Of a DNA stretch of 44,281 nucleotides, positions 37,980-44,281 are shown one piece after another (position 1 is the first letter of the stretch; each line of letters begins with the position of its first letter). The notes beneath the pieces were generated by a model that searched no databases, was not told the DNA's origin, and saw only the letters and a list, made by a program, of their open reading frames with translations. Made by a program: the position numbers and the translations under genes. Source of the DNA: Chiloscyllium plagiosum (Eukaryota); contig NC_057718.1 of NCBI RefSeq assembly GCF_004010195.1, positions 100,482,965 to 100,527,245 of the forward strand, in the 5' to 3' direction.

Positions 37980-38150
37980 GTTAAAAATCACACAACACCA
38001 GGTTATAGTCCAACAGGTTTAATTGGAAGCACACTAGCTTTCGGACCGAAAGCTAGTGTGCTTCCAATTAAACCTCTTGGACTATAACCTGGTGTTGTGT
38101 GATTTTTAACTTTGTACACCCCAGTCCAACACCGGCATCTCTGAATCATG
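37980..38150. mobile_element. Near-perfect hairpin PLE-derived element (family C) inserted in a DeuSINE-like repeat (about 37760-38220)
   Basis: 65-bp arms 37980-38044 and 38046-38110 with one mismatch and a 1-nt spacer. TSD AATATTTATTATGT at 37968-37981 and 38151-38164. Confidence 0.88.
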
Positions 38151-38462
38151 AATATTTATTATGTAACAGCACCAAAACTGAGTATCATGCCATTGATTGT
38201 AGGAACTCGTGTGTGTAATTTTAAAAAAATGCATCCATGCGAAGTGGGTGGTGCTGGGCCAGCATTAATTGTTCTACCTTGATTGTCCAGAGAATAGTTA
38301 AGAGTCAACCACATTGCTTTGCGTCTGCAGTCACATATAGGACAGACCTAGCAACAATTTCCTTCCCTACAGGACATCAGTAAATCAGATACGTTTAGGC
38401 AGTAATCGACAATGGCTTCATGGTCATCATGAAATCCCAAGTCCAGAGTGATTTTTATCGAA

Positions 38463-38676
38463 GGAGGAAAAAGTGAGCACTGCAGATGCTGGAGATCACA
38501 GTCAAGAATGTGGTGCTGGAAAAGCACAGCAGGTCAGGCAGCATCTGAAGAGCAGGAGAATTGATGTTTCAGGCATAAGCCCTTCATCAGGAACCTGATT
38601 CCTGGTGAAGGGCTTATGCCCAAAACATTAATTCTTCTGTTCCTCAGATGCTGCCTGACCTGCTGGGCTTCCCCCC
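38463..38676. mobile_element. Palindromic PLE-derived element (family A) with hammerhead cores on both arms
   Basis: Minus strand CTGATGA-AGGGC-TTAT-GCCT-GAAAC-ATC (38561-38591); the plus copy is mutated (CTGGTGA...AAAA). TSD TGATTTTTAT(C/T)GAA at 38449-38462 and 38677-38690. Confidence 0.8.
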
Positions 38677-38764
38677 TGATTTTTATTGAATTCACATTCC
38701 ACCCTATGCCATGGTAGGATTTAAATCTGGATCACCAGAACATTACCTGTGTCTGTGGATTATT

Positions 38765-38910
38765 AACAAAAACAGAAATTGCTGGAGAAACTCAGCAGGT
38801 CTGGCAGCATTTGTGGAGTGAGAAACAGAGTTAACATTTCAAATCCAGTAACCCTTCTTCAGAACTTGAGCAATTTCTGTTTTTATTTCAGATTTCTAGC
38901 ATTCACAGTT
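38765..38910. mobile_element. PLE-derived family-B element with a degenerate hammerhead on the minus strand (38829-38864)
   Basis: Minus strand TTCTGAAGA-AGGGTT-ACTG-GATTT-GAAAT-GTTAAC; arms aaaaacagaaattgct / agcaatttctgttttt. Confidence 0.68.
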
Positions 38911-39467
38911 TATCTCAGGATTAACAGCCTATCAATAATACCAAGAGGACATTGCCTCCCCCAGAGGCTGCCCCATTCCAACAGTAACTACACTTCAAAA
39001 GCACTTCACTGGCTGTAAAGAACTCTTGAGATATTCTGAGGCAATGAAAGGCTGTACATAAATATAAATCTTTCTGGCTGTGCTAACATTCTAACAATGT
39101 TTAGGGAACTCTCAAAAGGGGCTTGCAGTTCCCCTCACTTAAGTTAATGAAGCATAAGACCCATTACTGGCTAGGCAACAGACCTGTCCTACTCCATACG
39201 ATATAGAGCACATTCCACAAACCAATCCATGCAGCTGTTCACACTACACTTAAGAGTCCTTCCATCCATCTTTGCTTATCTATTCTTACTATTGTAAACT
39301 CTCTATTTCCTTTTCCTTCCTTTGCTTTTTATATTTTCTCCTTAAATACATCTATTATTTGCCTCAATTATTCCCTGCAGTGGGGAGTTTCACATGCTGA
39401 GCAGTTTTTGGGTGAACAGATTTCCTCTAATTTCTACATTGAATTTCTTGAAGACTTCTTGAAGACT

Positions 39468-39770
39468 TGGTGGCTCAGTGGGCTAGCCCTGCTGCTCACA
39501 GTGCCAGGCACCCAGGTTTCACTCCACTCTGAGGAAACTGTGTGGAGTTTGCATTTTCTTCCTGTCTCTGTTTGGGTTTCCTTCATGTGCTTTGGTTTCC
39601 TCCCACAGTCCAAAGATGTGTAGGCTAGGTGGATTGGCAAGCTAAATTGAACATAGTCCCTAGGTGAATGAGGATGGGAAATGCAGGGTTGCACAGATAG
39701 GATAGAGGTGGGATGCTGTTTGGAGGGTTGATGGACCAAATGACTTGCTTCCACACTGTAGGGATTCTAT
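39468..39770 (+). mobile_element. HE1-type SINE
   Basis: tggtggctcagtg...cacactgtagggattcta homology. Confidence 0.82.
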
Positions 39771-40427
39771 CTAAATTACATTGAATGCCTCTCGTTATAT
39801 CTTTTCTCACAAGACAATATATTCTATTTATATGGAACTAAATCCTTCCAGAATTTTAAATATTAGGTCACTCCGCAGCATCCAATTTTCAAGAAAGAGA
39901 ACTAGTTAATCATTCGTTTCCTGAAAGGACTGCACATTTGTATCAGTGTAGAGATTTGTGGTCCTACTGTTCAGTTCACAAGCAAAGAAAAAACAGGTTT
40001 GAAATTATAATGTTAGTCAACAATAACTTGCATTTATGTCGTGTTTTTAATACTGAAAAGCATTCCAACTTGTTTCAGAGATGTAGACAGTAATAAATGA
40101 TGGGAAAATCTACTGTGAGAAATAAATGAACATTGGTCAAAGAAATTGGATTTGAGAGAGGATAAGTGAGGGATGGGAACAGTGGTTTACATGGGATGGG
40201 AATTAGCTAGCTAAAGTCAACACAATGAGTCAAAAACAAGGCGAGGTGCACAACAAAGTTCAGAAGTGGATGGAGGTGATGTCAGTTTGAAATGGTCATA
40301 GAAGAGGGAGGAAATGTCATGAAATGATTTGAAACAAAAATATTCATTTTTAATAGGTGGCAACTGGGGGTCAAGGGGTTGGTTACCCTAGGTCAATTTT
40401 GTCAAAGGTTATGGAGAAATCAAGGAT

Positions 40428-40454
40428 GGTGTGTGTGTGTGTGTGTGTGTGTGT
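40428..40454. repeat. (GT)n microsatellite
   Basis: Run of about 13 GT units. Confidence 0.9.
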
Positions 40455-40937
40455 TGGGGGGCGGGGGTGGGGGGAAGTGCAGGCAGTTGAATGCACCAGT
40501 CCCAGAGGAGGTTATTTGTTATTGGTTTTGGCTGTTTTCAGTTAGGGAGAAACTACAAACTGTCAAGGACAGATACACAATAGAGAAACTCCTATAACCT
40601 TAAATATAAACGACACAAGCAGTGAGTAAAGAACAAGTACTACAATCAAAGGTTTGTGACATCAACAGAAGCAACAAAATGACCAAGGAGTAGCTCTATA
40701 TGGGGAATATTGCTTCCAAGAATAATATCTTATTTGGTAATAAATGTAAAATTATTTAAATTACAGAAGTAAAGTAGCTTTATGTATCCCTAATTTTAAA
40801 TGCTCTGCCATTGATAATTTCAGCTACCTTGGCTTTAAACTCAAGCTCCTTCCCCAAGCATTTCTACATTTCTCCTCAAAATACTTTGACCTCTTTGAAC
40901 AAGTGTTCATAATCTGTTTAGTATCTCTTTATGTGGC

Positions 40938-41392
40938 TTACCAGGATGTTGCCGGGCATGGAAGATCTGAGTTATAAAAAAAAGGCTGCATAGGCTGGGA
41001 CTTTTTTCACTAAAGCTTGGAGGTTGAGAGGGGACCTAATAAGTTTATAAAATAATGAGTGGTATAGATAGAGTTAATGGTGTTGACTTTTCCTTAAAAT
41101 GGGAGATTTCAAGACTAGGGGCATTTTTTAAGGTGTGAGGAGAGAGATTTAAAAAAAGACAAGGGACTTTTTTTTAAACGCATAGGGCAATTCACGTGAA
41201 GAATGAACTCTCTGAGGAGGCAGGCACAATTACAACATTTAAAAGACATTTAGATAAGAACATGAATAGGAAAACTTTGCAGGGATATACGCCAGGAGCA
41301 CGCAGGTGGGACTAGTTTAGCTTGGGATTATGTTCAGCATGAACTGGATGGACTGAAGGGTCTGTGTCTGTGTTGCATGACTGTATGACTCT
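40938..41392 (+). mobile_element. CR1 LINE 3' end
   Basis: TRMLPGMEDLSY...RLRGDL...FKRHLD plus tail homology. Confidence 0.82.
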
Positions 41393-42169
41393 ACAAGACT
41401 AATGTGGAGCACCTCAGAATGTCTTAATATGTTAAAACTGCCGTATAAATGCAAGTTGGTATTATTAATAATGCGCAAGTGGAAAGAGCATATGATGAAT
41501 TGGAAAAAATAAGCGCTAGACAATATATAACAAACAATACAAATGGTCTGAAAGTTGAATTGGGTTGACAGAACAATTTAGGATAATAGCTCAAAAAATT
41601 ACACTGCAGTTGTATTCCAACATGTGCCTGCGCTGTGGTGGTACAATGCCAAATAACAACTTGTTCACAAAGAGACCAGATACCCAGAGTAAATCTCACA
41701 GTAACCTTAGTTTAAAAACTAGGCACAATTTCACTCTGTTGTCTTGGCTATAACTGTACTGTCTTTAGAATATCCAAGACGCAGGGGAAGAAAAGATTGT
41801 GCAAGAAAAGCTGGAGGTACCAGATTAAATATTGTCCTGCACTTAATTTACCCATGCACATTGATTGGCAGTGCCCAGCATCATTCTTTTGTATTTGGTA
41901 CACATTTTCCACTTCTGACAGTGTGATGGTGACTCTGAACTCAGAATCTATTTGCAGGAATCTAGTTACACAGTATCACTGGAGAAATGATCTCCTTAAA
42001 TACTGAATAAAAGAAGGAAGCAGATGCTCCAGTATTGTGGGTGCTTTTTTTTTCTCTGGGTGTTGATTTCTGGTGCAGGCAAAGGTGGTAAAAGCCTTAA
42101 TAAAGATAGTGCCAAGAGCACAGTGAAGTCTTTTCAGATAATATTCAGGGTATTACCAAACCAGCTTTG

Positions 42170-42470
42170 GGGATGTTAAGTACTCCCCAGGCAGTTGTTC
42201 TACTCCCAACTTCAAAATGGTAGACGAACCCCAGGTGGACAGAGGAAGTGCTTCAGGGATATCCTCATGGACTCACTGGCGAGGTGCGGCAGTCCCAGAC
42301 AGCTGGGAATCGCTGGCCCAAGACCGTTCAAAGTGGAGGAGTAGTATCCAGGAAAGCGTTGAGCACCTCGAGACTTATCACCAGAAAAAAAAGAAAGCCA
42401 GGTGCAAACAGCGAAAGAAGCGTACCGTCACACCGATGTCCGACCCACCCCTTACCATGACCACCACCAC
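42170..42470 (+). mobile_element. RTE-like LINE C-terminal remnant
   Basis: PRQLFYSQL...GGQRKCFRD.L...WESLAQDRSKWRSSI motifs. Confidence 0.6.
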
Positions 42471-42850
42471 ATCTCTCTGTACAGTTACCTACAGACTCAC
42501 TGTGAGTGTGGAAGAAAGTCACCCTAATCTGTGAGGGACTGCTGAAATAGTACATCTCTGGCCTAATTTATGATGAAAGCTGTGGTGGCCTGAAAATTTT
42601 TTAAAAATTAAATATTACAAACAATATAGCCATATACAGTTCTGCCTCACGTCCTGCTCCCTACATGTCCTCTTGCGTGAAATATTGTACCTTTCTGACG
42701 AGAGATGCTCACATATTATAGGATGTACGGTTAAATTTGAAGTATTTTTAAAATCTGTGCCTATTTTTAAACAGGCATTTGTTTGATGGATGTATGAATA
42801 AGATAGATCCATAATTTAAATACTGCAAAGTGGAGCTTGCTTTGTGATAA

Positions 42851-44281
42851 CCATAAGACCATAAGACATAGGAGCGGAAGTAAGGCCACTCGGCCCATCG
42901 AGTCCACTCCGCCATTCTATCATGGCTGATGGGCATTTCAACTTACCCGCATTCTCCCCGTAGCCCTTAATTCCTTGTGACATCAAGAATTTATCAATTT
43001 CTGCCTTGAAGACATTTAGCGTCTCAGCCTCCACTGCACTCTGTGGCAATGAATTCCACAGGCCCACCACTCTCTGGCTGAAGAAATGTCTCCGCATTTC
43101 TGTTCTGAATTTACCCCCTCTAATTCTAAGGCTGTGTCCATGGGCCCTAGTCTCCTCGCCTAACGGAAACAATTTCCTAGTGTCCTCCCTTTCCAAGCCA
43201 TGTATTATCTTGTAAGTTTCTATTAGATCTCCCCTTAATCTTCTAAACTCCAATGAATACAATCCCAGGATCCATCGGTGTGAATCTCCGCTGGACACGT
43301 TCCAGTGCCAGTATGTCCTTCCTGAGGTGTGGGGACCAAAACTGGACCCAGTACTCCAAATGGACCTAACCAGAGCTTTATAAAGTCTCAGTAGCACAAC
43401 AGTGCTTTTATATTCCAACCCTCTTGAGATAATTGACAACATTGCATTCGCTTTCTTAATCACGGACACAACCTGCATGTTTACCTTTAGAGAATCCTCA
43501 ACTAGCACTCCCAGATCCCTCTGTACTTTGGCTTTACAAATTTTCTCACCGTTTAGAAAGTAGTCCATGCTTGTATTATTTTTTCCAAAGTGCAAGACCT
43601 CGCATTTGCTCACATTGAATTACATCAGACATTTCCTGGACCACTCCTCCAAACTGTCTAGATCCTTCTGCAGAATCCCAACTTCCTCAGTACTACCTGT
43701 CCACCTAACTTTGTATCATCAGCAAACTTCGCTAGAATGCCCCCAGTCCCTTCATCCAGATCATTAATATATAATGTGAACAGCTGCGGCCCCAACACTG
43801 AACACTGCGGGACACCGCTTGTCACCGGCTGCCATTCCAAAAAAGAACCTTTTATCCCAACTCTCTGCCTTCTGTCAGACAGCCAATCCTCAATCCATAC
43901 CAGTAGCTCACCTCGAACACCATGGGCCCTCACCTTACTCAGCAGCCTCCCGTGTGGCACCTTATCAAAGGCCTGTTGGAAGTCTAGATAGACCACATCC
44001 ACTGGGTTTCCCTGGTCTAACCTACTTGTCACCTCTTCAAAGAACTCCAACAGATTTGTCAGGCACGACCTCCCCTTACTAAATCCATGTTGACTTATTC
44101 TAATCCGACCCTGTTCTTCCAAGCATTTAGAAACCTCATCCTTAATGATAGATTCTAGAATTTTACCAACAACCGAGCTTAGGCTAATTGGCCTATAATT
44201 TTCCATCTTTTGCCTTGATCCTTTCTTGAACAAGGGGGGTTACAACAGCGATCTTCCAATCATCCGGGACTTTCCCCGACT
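42851..44281 (-). mobile_element. Relatively young CR1 LINE, ORF2 reverse-transcriptase region to 3' tail (frameshifted; runs off the window)
   Basis: ORFs 43658-44233 ([16 protein letters not shown]...[12 protein letters not shown]...[12 protein letters not shown]...GVPQ.SVLGP.LF..YINDL...KFADDTKL) and 42816-43613; tail (ACCATAAG)n. Confidence 0.93.

Noticed and set aside
37980..38110. Classical MITE or miRNA gene
   Set aside because: Asymmetric tail, 14-bp TSD and relatives with hammerhead cores point to a Penelope-like origin; there is no small-RNA evidence.
27030..42800. Exons of a neighbouring gene (e.g. TASP1 expected by synteny)
   Set aside because: No recognisable coding exon on either strand; the ORFs are short or repeat-derived.
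42816..44233. Functional reverse-transcriptase gene
   Set aside because: Split by frameshifts and an internal deletion; it is an inactive CR1 copy.

Overview
Eukaryotic genomic DNA, very likely from an elasmobranch (shark), judged from HE1-type SINEs, DeuSINE fragments and shark-type CR1 tails. The window holds the last four coding exons of an isthmin-1 (ISM1) orthologue on the + strand (4097-4358, 5001-5144, 21611-21700, 25390-25907). They splice in phase into 337 aa covering the TSP1 and AMOP domains; the 5' exons lie upstream of the window. The rest is mostly mobile DNA: CR1, Rex1/Babar-like and RTE-like LINE fragments, tRNA-derived SINEs, a Tigger-like MITE and a decayed Gypsy-type LTR element with a tRNA-Pro primer-binding site. 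The most notable hidden structure is about a dozen short, mostly palindromic Penelope-like (PLE) insertions from at least four sequence families. They carry minimal hammerhead-ribozyme cores (CUGANGA-stem II-GAAA-palindromic ACGU/AGCU-NUH), and several are flanked by 12-14 bp target-site duplications. The copy at about 35040-35452 has two intact hammerheads, one on each strand, around a GIY-YIG C-terminal remnant. Repeat boundaries are by eye and approximate; family names come from recognition, not database searches.
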